Source of the DNA: Takakia lepidozioides
Taxonomy: Eukaryota > Plantae > Bryophyta
Length of the DNA: 64,000 nt
Reading direction: 5' to 3'
Assembly: GCA_030704615.1 (NCBI GenBank)
Contig: CM060734.1
Location: 61,566,001 to 61,630,000 of the forward strand
This document shows, piece by piece, positions 26,826 through 41,010 of the stretch. The number at the start of each line of letters is the position of its first letter. The stretch's first letter is position 1. The translations under genes and the position numbers were made by a program. Under the pieces are notes generated by a model. The model was not told where the DNA came from. It worked only from the letters and a program-made list of their open reading frames with translations, and did no database searches.

Positions 26826-27289
26826 ATGCGTGTATGCATACTTCATACCAAAGGCCCTGTCTTCTCATCTGAGTCTTGTGAGAAGCCTCACATCATGCAG
26901 CAGATTACAGGGCTGGATCTGGAGCTGAAAGTGACATCCCTTGGCAATGTGCAAAGGACATACCCTCGTAAGGGTGGCTATGGGGCCTCCCAAGCCTTCA
27001 GGGACGCCAACAAAATTCAGTATAGCACAACACACTTTGTTCTTTTTGGGGGTCACTGTGTTGCATGCACCATAGAATCAGGCTTGGAATTCTCCTTTGA
27101 CCTCAGTAGAAACTAATATAACCTGGTCGAGGAAGCAAGAAGGACACAGGATAGTCAGACAAGCCCTATAATCAACACCCTTGTCCTCCTGAAACTTTTG
27201 GTCTATCTACCAACGCTGGAGCATGGAACAGCACTGGCAAGAGTTCTCTAAAAGGTCCTTCATAGTGGTGGGAATACAGTGTTGACATG
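26826..27289 (+). pseudogene. Orphan copy of exon 1 of the PDF-PPR gene family
   Basis: GGYGASQAFRDANKI...YQRWSMEQHWQEF/..PS*WWEYSVDM|gtgcgc is homologous to 11330-11620 and 20078-20395. Confidence 0.75.
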
Positions 27290-27683
27290 GTGCGCTTTCG
27301 TCATGTAGGGCATTCATGAACCTCTTTCCCCCCACTGCTGTCTCTATGTCCTCCTGGATCTCTCTCTCTCTCTGGGTAGCACCTCCATCTTGCACGAGTG
27401 CAGCTGTAAATTGCACCTTTTCCTGCCAGATTCAGCCATAGTGCTGCTGGCGGCATCAATATGCTGGAGTAAACTCTTTTGTTGCTTGAGAAAACAACCG
27501 ACGGTAATGAATCAAAACTGCGAACGTATGGCCAATTGTTGAACGAACAAGTTTTTCTGCTCAAGTGGTCAAATGCATGGTAGGGCAACGGCTACGGAGC
27601 CAAGGAGAGACACCACACATTCCCTCAAAAAGCTGAATCTCCCCATATTCTTGGACCAGCTCAGCTCTGTTGCAACAGCTCAT

Positions 27684-30203
27684 TTAGTCCTCTGCTAAGA
27701 ATGGGTCACTCTCACCCAATTCAGCAACCAGGGGTGAGGTATCGTCATCTGGGGTTGAGTAATATGTTGGGAAAGGTATCGTGGACAAGTCGGGCTGCTT
27801 GTAAACAGCATCCTTAATCAGCACGAAGTTACCCTTGTGTCCAGGCACCTGCCCCCGCCTCAGCAACCACACAGTGAAACATTAGATTTCTTTTCATGAG
27901 AGAAAGGGAAATAGAAAAATCGATTGTCATGTACATGATGTTTGCAACCAAGCACACAACATTCAAGACGAAACAGGAGGCATCAACACACCTGACCCCG
28001 AACCCAAATCAGGTCACGCTCAGGCTCAATTTTATAAATCCATACATTCTTCACTGTCCTCCTTACTGCTCCCATTTGACCTGCCATCTTTTTCCCCTTG
28101 AAGACCTGCATGCACAAAATATTACACATTACCCTTTCTGCTTCCTCCCCACCCATGGTAGATCCTGTATTCAAAGTGAGAGAGAGACAAATAGACTTTT
28201 ATAAAGACTTTCTCAAGCATCACAAGGAGGAAGTTAGGTGCAAACAAGGTGAAATGACAAATGCAAATACCAGGAAAAATAGTAACCTACCTTGCCAGGG
28301 TCCTGGCGCCCACCTGTAGACCCTAGACTTCGATGCGACAGGGATGCACCATGTGAAGCAGGCATTCCAGCAAAACCCCATCTCTTCATTCCACCCTGCT
28401 CATATTCACCCCACATAACTCCTTGTCAATAACCTCTAAAAGGTATACACTCCCAGCTAGCAATCTGGGATACTGGCATGACCGCGATCCAACCTTAGTC
28501 ATCTCCTCAATTGCAGCCCCTTACAACTCTTGCTGAGAGTCGCATCAAGAAGTCACTCTAGGTCTTGTCGGTAGAATCTTAATGAACATGCCATGCTCAT
28601 GTAAAGGTCTGTCATGGTGTGAAACGTAGCCAATCAAGGATACAGACACACATAGGCATCTTCAAAATAGGGAAAAGAGAACGGAGGAGTCCCAACCTGA
28701 AAGCCCTTGCCAGTGGTGGTTCCAGTGATATCAACATACTGGCCTGGCTGAAAGTGGCGCACTGTGAGTTCGGTGCCCACAGGCAACATTGCATCCTCTG
28801 ACACCGGGAACTCGGCAAGGTGATGTTTTAATGGCACCCCTGCAGCCCTAAAGTGGCCGAGTTCAGGCTTGGTCAACTGCTTTGGCTTCCTCTGCCCTGC
28901 TCCAATCTGTGGCCCGAACTGGCACGTTTTAAAAAGGATGTTTGCAACTTGAAGCCATTCAGTTCAATGCAGTTCAAATCAATTCAAGAGATGCCTACTC
29001 TCACTCTCAACTGAGACAAATAGGACAACAACCATGAAGTTTCAGAAGCAGGATGTTGACAACAACATAGACATCACATCAACCATGTTGCTTGATTAAA
29101 CACTCCTCAAAGAATACCAGCCCAGCTGGCTTTGGTTATAAAAGAAACAATGTCCAATGAGTTCATAATACTCTAAAACATAAGGATGATGGGGCCCTAG
29201 GGCACTAGTTCAACTTCAGAAAACCAACTTCTAGAAGTCCCGAATAAACCCCTAAACCCTGATCGCACATTCCAAATTGACCTCTTGCAGAACTGGACAA
29301 ATAAACTTGGCTACTTTTGTGTAGCTGGCTGTCGGGTAATTCCATGTGAGATACATCAAGCCTTAGATATAGATCGGGTGCAGTAGATTGTGGCATCAGT
29401 ACCTTTCGAACAGCATCATATACCATTTGACAAAAAAAATCTCCATACAAACCTCTGACTTGCCTATATAAAACGGTCACCTTTGATTCCACTTCCACCA
29501 AACTAGAAATATAACTCCGTAGGTTATAAATTCAACCAGCTTCAACGTTGGTTTGCCAAAAACTAGTATGCAACAGCAGAAATACTGTTGCAATTCCCCA
29601 CAAAACTTACCCTACTACAGACCAGCTGAGAACCCTAAACCCTGTGTCCGAAACTAATGGTGCGACATTGCCACCTAAGAATGGTTCACAGTCTGCCACC
29701 ATTGCATTAACCCAACCGCCAAACTGTACGCCTGGGCCCCCTCCCTCCCGAAAGTGAACGTTATCCCCCCTCCCCGCTCTTCCCTCTCTTATCTCTTCAC
29801 TACAGATGGTAGGAAGTATTTAGCAGATATCTCGCAGAGCCCCCTGTGCTGGCTTTGGTATCCCGCATTGTCACTTTGAATCTCGAAATTTGAACTGGAT
29901 TCACCCCACCCACATTCCAGCCAAGGAACAGAAAAAACGAAATACGTAGGACACAAACAACAAAAACCAAAAGTGAATGGCGGTTGCACTCACCTGGAGC
30001 GCAACATGGCCGTGCTTTTCCTCAGTTTTGATTTGAGTGACCTGGTTGTCGTTCATCCACAGCACCGTCATGGGAATGCGAGCTCCCCACTTGTCCCAGA
30101 TGGCAGTCATGCCACACTTGATTGCTATCACGCCCGTTCTAAGGGACCTCCCTCCCATCCTCACAATGGTCTCTGTCATTGTCCAGACCTTCCAGCTCCT
30201 CAC
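27684..30203 (-). CDS. RPL3: Mitochondrial ribosomal protein L3 (uL3m), at least 5 exons; N-terminal exon unresolved (possibly to ~30514)
   Basis: Exons ~30203-29994 ([17 protein letters not shown]), 28906-28697 ([16 protein letters not shown]), 28395-28291 ([19 protein letters not shown]), 28105-27992 and 27848-27684 (VPGHKGNFV). All joins are phase 0 GT-AG. Confidence 0.9.
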
Positions 30204-30992
30204 TCACCTGCGTCTCTTCTCTCGCATTCCGCCCTCTCTCTCTCTCTCTCGTCTCGCACACTCCGTCGATGCACAGACGTTTCGTCCAATTTCGGGTTCT
30301 AACGTTCTAATCTAACATCCAGTGGAACATTTCAAGTTCCCTGGTTAATAGAACGCGTCCTGTTTAGACCGACCGTCGACGGGTCGGTCGTATGAAAGCT
30401 CGGCGTGTGTTGAAGGAAAGCGCAGGTGGCAAGGAAGCGATGGTGAAGAAGGGAGCGCACGAAGCCTTCCTGTTCTTCTGATGCGCATAAGTTACGATCT
30501 GATTGCGGTTGCATTCATTGCAAGTTTTCTCAGTTCCCGACATACCAGGATCGCACCGAAATTTTCTAGCGTCTGCGGTCCTTTCAAGTTCTTCAATTTG
30601 CTTTCAATTTGCAATTCGTCTTACTTTTCTCTCTGTTCTCAGGTTCCAGCAATTGCGTGTGTTATGTTCTTGTGATTCCTCAAACCTGAGGAATGGCCTT
30701 GGGCTAGCAAATATGTTAGCTCGGTGTCAGACTCTGGTAGTCCGACTATTGCACTAGATGAAAGCTCAAACGACTAAGATTGGCCGTTTGAGGAGATCTG
30801 CTTGAAATTAGTTATACCTAAAGTGAACAGATTTTGATGTCAAGGTGTTCATAGTTCGGGATGGACTCCGGTTAACATTAGTCTTGATAGGATTGGTAGG
30901 GATCAGCCTGAAGGAGGAGGCGGGATCTTATAAACTATACGTTGTGCTGTATATGCCAAGTATATAACTTCTCTCGGAAACAGCTACACCAC

Positions 30993-31604
30993 ATGGGGAA
31001 TTCAGAGAAACTAATGGAGCAGGTGATGGAGCTGAAGCTGACGTGTAAGACCCTAAACCGACAGGCCAGAAAGTGCGAGAAGGAGGAGAAGACGGAGAAG
31101 CTCAAGGTGAAGAAAGCAATGGAGAAGGGTAACATGGACGGAGCTCGCATCTATGCGCAAAATGCCATCCGCAAGCACAATGAGCAGTCTAACTATATCC
31201 GCCTCGCATCACGGCTTGATGCCGTTGTCTCACGCCTGGACACACAGGCCAAAATGATGATTATCAGCAAATCCATGGCAAATATTGTCAAGGCTCTTGA
31301 CACCGCTCTGGCCTCCAGCAATCTCCAAAAGATGTCGGAAACCATGGACCAATTTGAGAAGCAGTTTGTGAACATGGAGGTGCAATCAGAGTTTGTGGAG
31401 AACGCCATGGCTGGGAGCACGTCATTATCGACCCCTGAAGACGAGGTCAACTCCTTAATGCAGCAAGTGGCTGATGACTACGGCCTGGAAGTGTCAGTGG
31501 GGTTGCCTCAGCCAGCCTCACATTTGGTGCCTGCTAAGGAACCGGAGGTTTCAGCAGAAGATGATCTGTCCCGTCGCCTTGCGGAGTTGAAAAGCCGAGG
31601 CTGA
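30993..31604 (+). CDS. CHMP1: ESCRT-III-associated CHMP1/VPS46 (Snf7 family)
   Basis: [17 protein letters not shown]...[22 protein letters not shown]...[15 protein letters not shown] (C-terminal MIM). The ATG is at 30993 and the CDS is intronless. Confidence 0.95.
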   Translation: MGNSEKLMEQVMELKLTCKTLNRQARKCEKEEKTEKLKVKKAMEKGNMDGARIYAQNAIRKHNEQSNYIRLASRLDAVVSRLDTQAKMMIISKSMANIVKALDTALASSNLQKMSETMDQFEKQFVNMEVQSEFVENAMAGSTSLSTPEDEVNSLMQQVADDYGLEVSVGLPQPASHLVPAKEPEVSAEDDLSRRLAELKSRG

Positions 31605-33511
31605 TCTGCTACAGTGATGTTCAAACCTTCAATGAATTTCCACCCGCATCAAGTGAGGTACATTCCCTTTGAAGTTTAGGAAGTCTGCTCTGAGGAACTT
31701 CGAGCTTGTGTCTGCATAAATTGCACGAGTACGTATCTGCTCTCCAGCAACCGGCACCTTGTGGATGAAGCCCAACGCATGAGAATCGAGTAACTTTCTT
31801 GTGCTCAAGGATTGGCAGAGCATTGTGCGTGATGACTGTTTCGAGATTGTCAAATCTACTAGGATTCGGCAAGAACACGGTTTTCACTCTAGGATATGAC
31901 ATAAGTTTATGTTTGAGGGGCATTCACAATATTGAATGCATCATCCAGGCCCATGAAGTTTCATAAGCAGAGAAGAGTTATCAGGCAAGGCATGCAAATA
32001 CCTAAAAGAAGAACGAAGATATATCATTTATTACATCATCGTACTGACCCAGATGCAAATGGAAAGTCTGGGATGGACTCTAGCAAATGTTGTTCGATCT
32101 TGGTGCTTGACAGCTTATCTAATGTTTTTCTTGAACATACAGTAGCATCTTGTTTTCCACCTGGTTCTTCATAACTGGATTGCACACTGAACTTCCATTG
32201 CTTTTTTCCGGAAACCCTACCTTTCACCCTCTTTTAGAGATGGCAGAGGCTTTTAGCTTTGGGTGCTGTCTACTTTTACATTGACTGTTTTCTTGCAGGC
32301 CTTGCACAACTTGACAGGCTCTGTTGTATGGTCAGTAGTCATTGTAAATGCGAGACTTGGGACATGTTGAGAACATTACATGTGATTTCATATTGAGATC
32401 AATGAGCCATACCAAGAGGTACAGAAAAATGACGCTGACGGCTCCACAGATGGAGCCTGAATTTGAATGCTCCCTGACTCAACAAGATGAGCTTATTCTC
32501 TAGACTCTTGGACTCTGTTAAACTTTCAGTTGATTACTCCAACCATGTAAATCAACTTGTAAGTGGACATTATGATACAAATAGTTACACAATGTAGGGA
32601 TGAGATTAAAGATCTTGTTCACTCCAGAGGACCCTGCTTCTAATTTGGACACACATCCCCTCGGTATGAGAATTACCCAAAGTTGATCATAACTTGTAAT
32701 GTGACTTTACCTTTGTCCGAATTCTCCCGCACTCCCTTAGCCTGTTATTGGGCCGCGTCCTCCCTCTTGACAAGTAAATAGCTGGATGTGACGGTTCCTT
32801 TCCTCAAGAGATGTTGCATAACTCCTCTACTACTCATCCTTTTAGAGGGGTGATTGCCTGCAGCATACTATTGTGATTGAACTTGACATTGATCCACATA
32901 TCTGGATCATGCCTAGCTGGTAGAAAGGATGCCACAGTACACTTTGATACAAAGCTCCAAGCATAGAATGAAAATGCACATTCTACAACCAATTCACATA
33001 CCGTGACTGGCTTCTGGAACACAGCTGCAGTGCATCAGTACAATGACACAAATGGTGCAGCAAAAGATGTCAGGACTCGCTCTGTAGTTGCAACATGCAG
33101 GCCATCTTTGAATTGCTATTTGTACATAGTTCCCAATTGCAGATACTTACTTCTCTGTCCAAATTATAGAACTCAATAATTCTTATTCATTGTACTCCAG
33201 AGTTTCCTCCAATCGTCAAAAAATCTCCTCCTTAGCCAAATAAGACTTATCCAATATTAGATCAAGATCCGTCATTAATGGAGCATCGCTGTCAAAATAG
33301 ACGTTGCATGCATACCCTGCAACACCTACACAACATTTATGAGTGTGTAGGAGAGCAGCACTATTATGGTGGCAACCTCATTTTTCAACTGTGGTCTTCA
33401 ATCCAGCAGTAGAAGAAATTTATATAATCCCTCTGATTCTAGAGACTAAACTCAAAGCAGGCTGTCTGAAGATGCTTTGGTCCAAAAATGACTGACCCAG
33501 CTTTGTCATAC

Positions 33512-35005
33512 CTATCCTTCTGCAGTAGCCTTTGACCCCAGGACTGGAATATCTTCATACCGTTTCTGCACAACCATAAAGATGATAGTCTCAGGACTGC
33601 CAACACTAGTAAAACGTGTACATTTTAAGAAGTGCTACCTATTCCCATCCCATCAGTTACTCACCTGGCAGGAGAAAGTATGGAAACACTGAAAAGACTC
33701 AAACATCTCTGCAAATATCCAGTTGTGTTAGCACCCTCATTGCACATACTTCGACTCGGCGCATTGCAACATGGCTTGCATAGGCGGCAAGTCCTCTACA
33801 ATGAAGTCTGACCCAAAAGGACAGAGCCAGGCACAACCAGCTGAATTGACAATTAGGGGTGTCAACTGCCCCCGACAGTCCACGGAACCAGTAGAATGTT
33901 TGTCTCATATGTCAGCATCATCATGGTGCACCTTCAACTCTAGGGTTGAGGTGAGGCAGGGCTGCAGGACTTTGATTGAGTTGGAGATGCAGCCCGGTTT
34001 GGCTGGTACAGACTTCAATCCAGGACATCTAATGTCAAGGCAATTTCCACTGAATCCCCAAGCTCATGTATCCTCTTCAGTGACAACCAACTGATGCTTG
34101 CTTCTAGGCAGGTCATGTCTATCTATCTCCATGCAATACTGGAACAAACGCTGTCCAGTCCCAGAAGGTTAGGCTTCACCTGGTTGATCCCTACCCTATG
34201 AAATACAAATCTGGTTTGCCTCTGTCGATGAACTACAGACTGCACAATGCCACCATTAGACTTTGGTCTTCAAGCCTGTGCAGAGACTTGGAAAACTAAC
34301 CCCACATCCCCAGCCCATGACTTCCTGGATGGACAAAGAAAGTAAAAGGACCGGAAGGAATCACATACCCCTTCATTCTTCATCTCCCAGACTTTGTTGA
34401 TACTATAATCGATAACCTGCATCCACCAAGCCCCTCGCAACCCTCAGGTTCCTCCTCCATTGTGTGCGCACATCATCCAATCTAGTTGCAAGGGTAACAC
34501 CTACAGCTTCATAGTGTCTCGAGAGACACCTGTCTCGAGTATCTTTTCTCAAGGGTTGTGGACTTCATGGCAAGCTAACATGAAGTCGTGAGCAGCAGGC
34601 GTATCAGCTACATGGTGACCCTACCTGCTCGTAGAAAATCAAGGAAAGAGGCGGCAAGCCCCGCCGTTACGTAGACACAAATGTACGGGAGTTTACGGGC
34701 CAGAAATAAACTGGGGAGGCGGTAGTAACAGTTCGAGAAACAACATCAGATCATGCACATCAACTTCTTGCATGCTCGAAGATAACAACCTTCATGATCA
34801 GTTCAAACTTCCCAAAATTCTCAAAGATTCGAGACTACATCGAGCTGTGCATACAGAGTGACAGAAACCGAGACAAAGTCGGGGTAGGAAAACATACTCG
34901 CTCTCCAATGAGGGCCCCGGCGAAAATGAATGCCACATACACAGAGTTCTTTCTCGTAATCACCCGCATTATGCTATCCAAGACGCCCGCACTCTGCCGA
35001 TCCAT
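33512..35005 (-). CDS. QCR9: Cytochrome bc1 complex subunit 9 (69 aa, 3 exons), absent from the ORF track
   Basis: Exons 35005-34898 (MDRQSAGVLDSIMRVITRKNSVYVAFIFAGALIGER), 34416-34369 (VIDYSINKVWEMKNEG) and 33565-33512 (KRYEDIPVLGSKATAEG*). All joins are phase 0 GT-AG, and the peptide matches the plant QCR9 pattern. Confidence 0.9.
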
Positions 35006-35529
35006 GATGCCTGCCTCTCTCTCTCTCTCTCTCTCTCACGTTGTTGTAGACTTGACCCAGTGCAGCCAAATCCCTAAAATGGACGACGAGTTGTTTGGAG
35101 AGGCTGGTTTGTGACTAGTAAAAAGGTTCGTGAAAAATGAAATGAAAAAGTTTGTCGGTGATGCCCACGTTTCTTAACATGGATGGTGCCGAGCAGCGGA
35201 TCATTGCGTGGATGGCATCGAGAAGCAGAGATTTAATTTGAGGAGTGAGCGCAGCGAATCAGGAGAGCTGACAACTGCAGCAGAGGTCAAACTGTGTATC
35301 AATAATTCTGCGCTGCTCTCAAGGCCTCACTGTTTTGCTGCTTTCTGTGGATGTCTCGGGGTGTTTTAATAGACATTGCCTGAGAGGGTCTTGCTCCGTC
35401 TGGCTGTTTGCATTCCTGTGGAGGTTTTGGGACTGTGTGAGGCTTTTGAGTGTGATTGTTGGGGTGTGTGAGAGGGTACGGGGTTAGAGGGGTGGGAGCT
35501 CTTGGGTTTCTCTTGGGTTGCTTGTCGAG

Positions 35530-36972
35530 ATGGTGAAAATATGCTGCATTGGGGCGGGGTACGTGGGAGGGCCGACCATGGCTATGATTGCTCTAAAATG
35601 CTCAGAGATTAAGGTGGTCGTTGTGGATATTTCCAAGCCGAGGATCGATGCTTGGAATAGTGACGATCTTCCTATTTATGAGCCCGGCCTTGACGAGGTG
35701 GTGAAGCAATGCCGGGGGAAGAATCTGTTCTTCAGCACTGAGGTTGAGAAGCACGTTGGCGAAGCAGATATCGTATTTGTCTCCGTGAACACGCCTACCA
35801 AAACCAGGGGTCTTGGAGCTGGAAAGGCAGCCGATCTCACGTACTGGGAGAGCGCGGCTCGGATGATTGCAGATGTCTCTAAGTCGGACAAGATCGTGGT
35901 GGAAAAGTCCACTGTGCCGGTCAAAACTGCGGAGGCCATTGAGAAGATCCTGACACACAACAACAAGGGCATCAATTTTCAAATCCTTTCTAACCCCGAG
36001 TTTCTTGCAGAGGGAACAGCTATTGAGGATCTGGCAAAGCCAGATCGCGTGCTGATCGGTGGGCGGGAGACCCCCGGAGGACAGAAAGCCGTGGAAGCTT
36101 TGAAAGCAGTGTACGCGCACTGGGTACCTGAAGACCGCATTCTCACAACCAATTTGTGGTCCGCTGAGCTGTCCAAGTTGGCAGCAAACGCATTCTTGGC
36201 ACAGAGGATCTCTTCCATCAATGCCATGTCTGCACTCTGTGAATCCACGGGTGCTGATGTGTCGGAGGTGGCCTATGCTGTCGGAAAGGACTCACGGATC
36301 GGGCCCAAGTTCTTGAATGCCAGTGTGGGATTTGGGGGATCTTGCTTTCAGAAGGACATCTTGAACTTGGTATACATATGTGAGTGCAATGGCCTCCCCG
36401 AGGTTGCACATTACTGGAAGCAGGTGGTGCAGATTAACGACTATCAGAAGACGCGCTTCGTGAAGCGCGTGGTCTCCTCCATGTTCAACACAGTGTCGGG
36501 AAAGAAGATTGCTGTTCTTGGCTTCGCGTTCAAGAAGGATACCGGTGATACCAGGGAAACTCCAGCGATTGATGTGTGTCATGGACTCCTTGGAGACAAG
36601 GCTCTTCTTACCATCTATGACCCTCAGGTGACTGAGGATCAGATCAAACGAGATCTGGCCCTGAATAAATTTGACTGGGACCATCCTCAGCACTTGCTGC
36701 CCCAGAGCCCTACTGCGTTCAAGCAGGTTAGTGTGGTGTGGGATCCGTATGTGGCAACCAAGGATGCGCATGCGATTTGTGTGATCACAGAGTGGGATGA
36801 GTTCAAAAAGCTTGACTTTCAGCGGATCTATGACAACATGCAAAAGCCAGCTTTCATATTTGATGGCCGCAATGTCCTCAATGTGGAGGAGCTCCGGAAG
36901 ATTGGCTTTGTAGTTTACTCGATCGGAAAGCCTCTTGATCCCTGGGTGAAGGACCTACAAGTTTCTATTTGA
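35530..36972 (+). CDS. UGD: UDP-glucose 6-dehydrogenase
   Basis: [36 protein letters not shown] and [12 protein letters not shown]; intronless, 480 aa. Confidence 0.98.
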   Translation: MVKICCIGAGYVGGPTMAMIALKCSEIKVVVVDISKPRIDAWNSDDLPIYEPGLDEVVKQCRGKNLFFSTEVEKHVGEADIVFVSVNTPTKTRGLGAGKAADLTYWESAARMIADVSKSDKIVVEKSTVPVKTAEAIEKILTHNNKGINFQILSNPEFLAEGTAIEDLAKPDRVLIGGRETPGGQKAVEALKAVYAHWVPEDRILTTNLWSAELSKLAANAFLAQRISSINAMSALCESTGADVSEVAYAVGKDSRIGPKFLNASVGFGGSCFQKDILNLVYICECNGLPEVAHYWKQVVQINDYQKTRFVKRVVSSMFNTVSGKKIAVLGFAFKKDTGDTRETPAIDVCHGLLGDKALLTIYDPQVTEDQIKRDLALNKFDWDHPQHLLPQSPTAFKQVSVVWDPYVATKDAHAICVITEWDEFKKLDFQRIYDNMQKPAFIFDGRNVLNVEELRKIGFVVYSIGKPLDPWVKDLQVSI

Positions 36973-39900
36973 AAGTTGATTGTTCCTCTCCTTCTTCCTC
37001 ATTCTTTCTGTGGACACAGTAAATCTGTCCATAGACATCCGGTGTGGTAAGCAGCTTCTCTCACAGTGATTGGGTCCAAGATTCAGAGGATAGCGTGTCC
37101 AATTTTATTTGAAGGACCATGATTTTTTAGCACTCTTCATTTGAGGATTTAGCACGTAGCTGTCATCTCTAATAAGATGCATCTGCATCTTTCAGTTTAA
37201 AATGTTGGGCTCCATAATCTGAAACGTTGATGTGCTTAGCATCATTCTAAATGACCCAGGGTTATGGCCATTGCCAGTGTTATCCTGAGGCTGTTCTATC
37301 TTAGACACATCTCCCAGCTTCACCATTTGGTTTGATGGTTCTTCAGCAAAATGAACCCCAACTGGGTAAGGATCCGGTGACTTTGTGCCTTCAAGTGTTC
37401 ACAGCACAGACTCCAGGAAATAGTCAAATAATTCTCTCTCTCTCTCTCCCTCCCTCCTTGCAATGCTGATTCTGATTATGACTTTATTGTAAGGGCTCAT
37501 CAATATTGAGGTGTTCTGCTAAGCAAAGGCACTCAAAAGGTACACTAGTATAGTAAACTGTCTTTTCTATACTGGATGTTTGTGGAAATTGGTAACACCT
37601 CATAGAGATGGATATTAATACTAATACTCCTTTACTCTATACAAATCATAAGACTCGGTGGCGGACAATATTACCTGTTAAAACCTTTTAATTTGGGGTA
37701 CCAAACAGTTGGCATTACAAGGGATGGCTCTTTATGGCTATCCTCTTGTTTGGCAACTCTATCTTGGATGTTGCGAATCTCTCATTATAATTGCAGAGCA
37801 CTTGGAATTAGATATGGTTTGCCACTAGACTTTCTAGCACACCTATTGGTTGCAAGGAAGGGGAAGGAGCCCGCAACCTTCAGTATACATGGGTAGTTAC
37901 CTCAAGTTCCAGAAGTGGGGAAGGGGGCCAGCTTTTGGCATCATGGCACACTTCAAGGTTCTTTCCTTACCATTCAAACTGTGTTTCTTATGAGGTCCCT
38001 TGCCATAGCAAACAATCACATCATTTTAAGTGGAGAGCAGTAGCATATTGCTGATTGTGTAGTAAGACTCATGTGGGCTTGCTGGCTCTATAAAGCTGTC
38101 CCACAGTGGATTTCTTGTTTCCTACCTTCTGCTAACGTGTAGATAAGCGTTTTTTGAGACTGGAAATTGGGACCAGATCTGGTTCCAGCCCTTTCCTTTA
38201 TGGTTGACTCCTTCACAGGACAGTGGAAGAGACAAGATGGAGGCCTTTGCCTCTTTGCTGTGTTTGCTTTTTGTTCTCATGTTTTTGCTGCTTTTTGAAG
38301 GCATTCAGAGTTTCAGTAGGTCCAACAGACCCCCAATTTACACTTGTCTAGCACATGTCCACCTAGTTCAAGGACTCCCCCCCCCCACCATACTATACAC
38401 CCCCACTAGACCCACTTTCCTGTCACTCCACTATACTACAATTAATTATTTTGTGCACCAAATTATGACTCTAAAATATCACCTGAACTGTACAACATAC
38501 AGGACCACCATGATCAACAATCTCCTCCCTACTTCCCCACCTTGTCACTCCTGCTCCACCTCCCAATACTCCTTGCCACAAACACAATCACATATTACAG
38601 CAGCAATGGCCCCTGCCATCAGGTACCCTCGACTCGCTATTTCCAGCTTGCTCATACACTCTTCCGGATACTAGTTCCACCTTCTCCCCCTATATTACCC
38701 CCCCAACCCCCCCCCCCCCCCCCCACTATATAGCGCATGCCCTTACCCATCCACCCCACCCACTCTACTTTTTTCCAATTCCACTACTCAATGGAATGAC
38801 GCGGGGATATCCACCCAAGCCCCGTCACTATCGACGACATTATCAGCCAGCTACCTACGGACCCACAAGAATGATACTCTCTACTTCCAACCAAACACTA
38901 TTTCACTTACACACACTTACCAACATCTCTATGATCACTTCACCCTTTTTCTCTCCATACCATTATCCACCAATCCCACTACCACCCGGCAAATCTCCAC
39001 CTTTGGCCTCCCCATCCATCAATACCCTACACTTGTCAAAACATCTCAAAAGCTCCAGGCATTCCCCCCCACAACACCTCATTTTCCCCTAATTATTGCC
39101 ATCTCCCCGCTGCCTAGTACTTGCAATGAATATTTGGAATCTCAACCGACTCCCTAATTTGCTCCATCCTACATCAATTCCAAACATTGCCCCCACACCC
39201 CAATAAATATCTGACCCCTCCCCACTATCTCTCTGAACTACACACCTCGCTCAATCTCCTACAATCCACTCCTGGTGTAGTGCACCGAATACTCGGTGAC
39301 CACCTGGCCACATTAACCACATCAGATCAAGACTGCCAAACATCTCCAATACATTCCCATTTCTATCCACACCCCTCCCAGTCATACCCCTACTTCTCCT
39401 GAGCCACACTCGACCACCCTCAACATCACCACCTGGAATGTTGGCTCTTTGGCCACCAGTATCCAAAGCCTGATCCACCTCCTCACAAATTCCACAATTC
39501 CGTTGTCGTCCCCCGCATCTCCCTACGGCAACGGCTTATCCGGGCATTGTCGCTCACATATGCGGACGGGTGGCGAGATAGGTGGCAGGGCCCACAAGTC
39601 AACTTATGCATCTCAGCTTGGTGCGCATCTCAGCCGTGCGCCCAGCGGGAGGGGGGGGGGTTTTGCCGTGGGAGGCTGCCATGCTGCTGGCCTTCCCACT
39701 AGCTCCCACGGCATTAAACGATCCCCGGGCCAAAAATGGGCTGGCATAATGCCATTGGCGTGTCTGTTTGTCACGCCACTGCCGTTCATGCTCTAAACTT
39801 GGTATACCTGGATGTGCTCATGTGTTTGGATGAACTTCTCTTTATGCTTTGCAGCTGTTTATGATTGGTCCTAACCTTGTGTCCTCTCGAATTGATCCCT

Positions 39901-40284
39901 TCCTAACGGCAAAGCATGTTCTAGTGAGTTTACATCCATGTGTCAGTACCGAACCCTAGAGGTATGGAGAATATCCTGGGGACGGGAGTTTAGTTTCACA
40001 GACGAGCCAAACGAGGCCTCCTGACTAGTGTGGGGCCCACTGTTGCAAAACCCCCGGTTATTCTTTTCGTATGAGTCGTGTGTAGGCATCCCTTGGCCGA
40101 GCTGCTGCCGTTGTTGCCAGCACCAACACTTTCACCATCTCAACGGCGCTACACGCCTTGCCGTAGCCTGGCGGTGATGCCGCTCATTGAGTCAAGGGGC
40201 ATTTTCCTCTATTGTTGTTCTGGAGTTCTCTACTCTCTACCCCTAAGCCAACAGTAAATGCCCTCCACCACCATCGAAGTCTAT

Positions 40285-41010
40285 CTATATATAGTATATA
40301 TACATAGAAAGAAGACTTCGGCCATAGCCGGCGTAACTAAGAGCCACTTCATCTTAGGGCTACTGCCCCCTTTCGGGGGTGGGCCCTATAATAGGAAAGG
40401 TGTCCGGTGGGCACCAGGTAACCAAGGAGAGAGAGAAGGGAGGGCTGCTATGAACCCCCCTGAGTTCCCAGGGTGCACCAGAAGGGCTAGCTTCGAGTTG
40501 GCGTTTGTTGGTGATGATGGTTGAAGTGTTGTAAGATGGATTGCTTTGAAACATTGATGGATTGGGAGAATGGGTATTTTGAAATTATCATGTAAATCAT
40601 TGATACTGACATTGTGTATGCTGCCTTGGGTTCCGGCAGTGATGACTGTGAGTGGGCCAGTCTTCCATCCCCATCGACAAATTGCAAGAATAGGTGGGGC
40701 GTATTTTTGTCGTTTTTCCAGGATTGAATCGTTGGGGTATCGATCATGGCAGAACGTAAACTCGATAAAGTGGATGATGAGCTGTGGGGATGGTGAGGTA
40801 GGTGGCGAGGCTTTAACGGGTAGCCCCTAGATAATGAGTATGTCTGGGCATAGTCGGGGGGGGGGGGGGCATGAGCAGGGTACTCGGGTGCAGGTGCATG
40901 GTAAAAGCCATGGCGGCACAGTGTGGTCTAGTGGCCTCCCTTGGAAGGTACCGGCATTAATGAGTATGAACCATCGGGTTTCGGCGCGTTTTGTGAATAG
41001 TTTGCGTAAA
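40285..41010 (-). mobile_element. 3' end (restriction-like endonuclease domain and 3' UTR) of a second, inverted Dualen-like LINE copy
   Basis: The minus strand reads INAG...PPWLLP...RLCPDILII*G...IHFIEFTFCHDRYP...EKRQKY...GWK...ITAGTQGSI, the PD..(D/E)xK RLE pattern. Confidence 0.8.
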
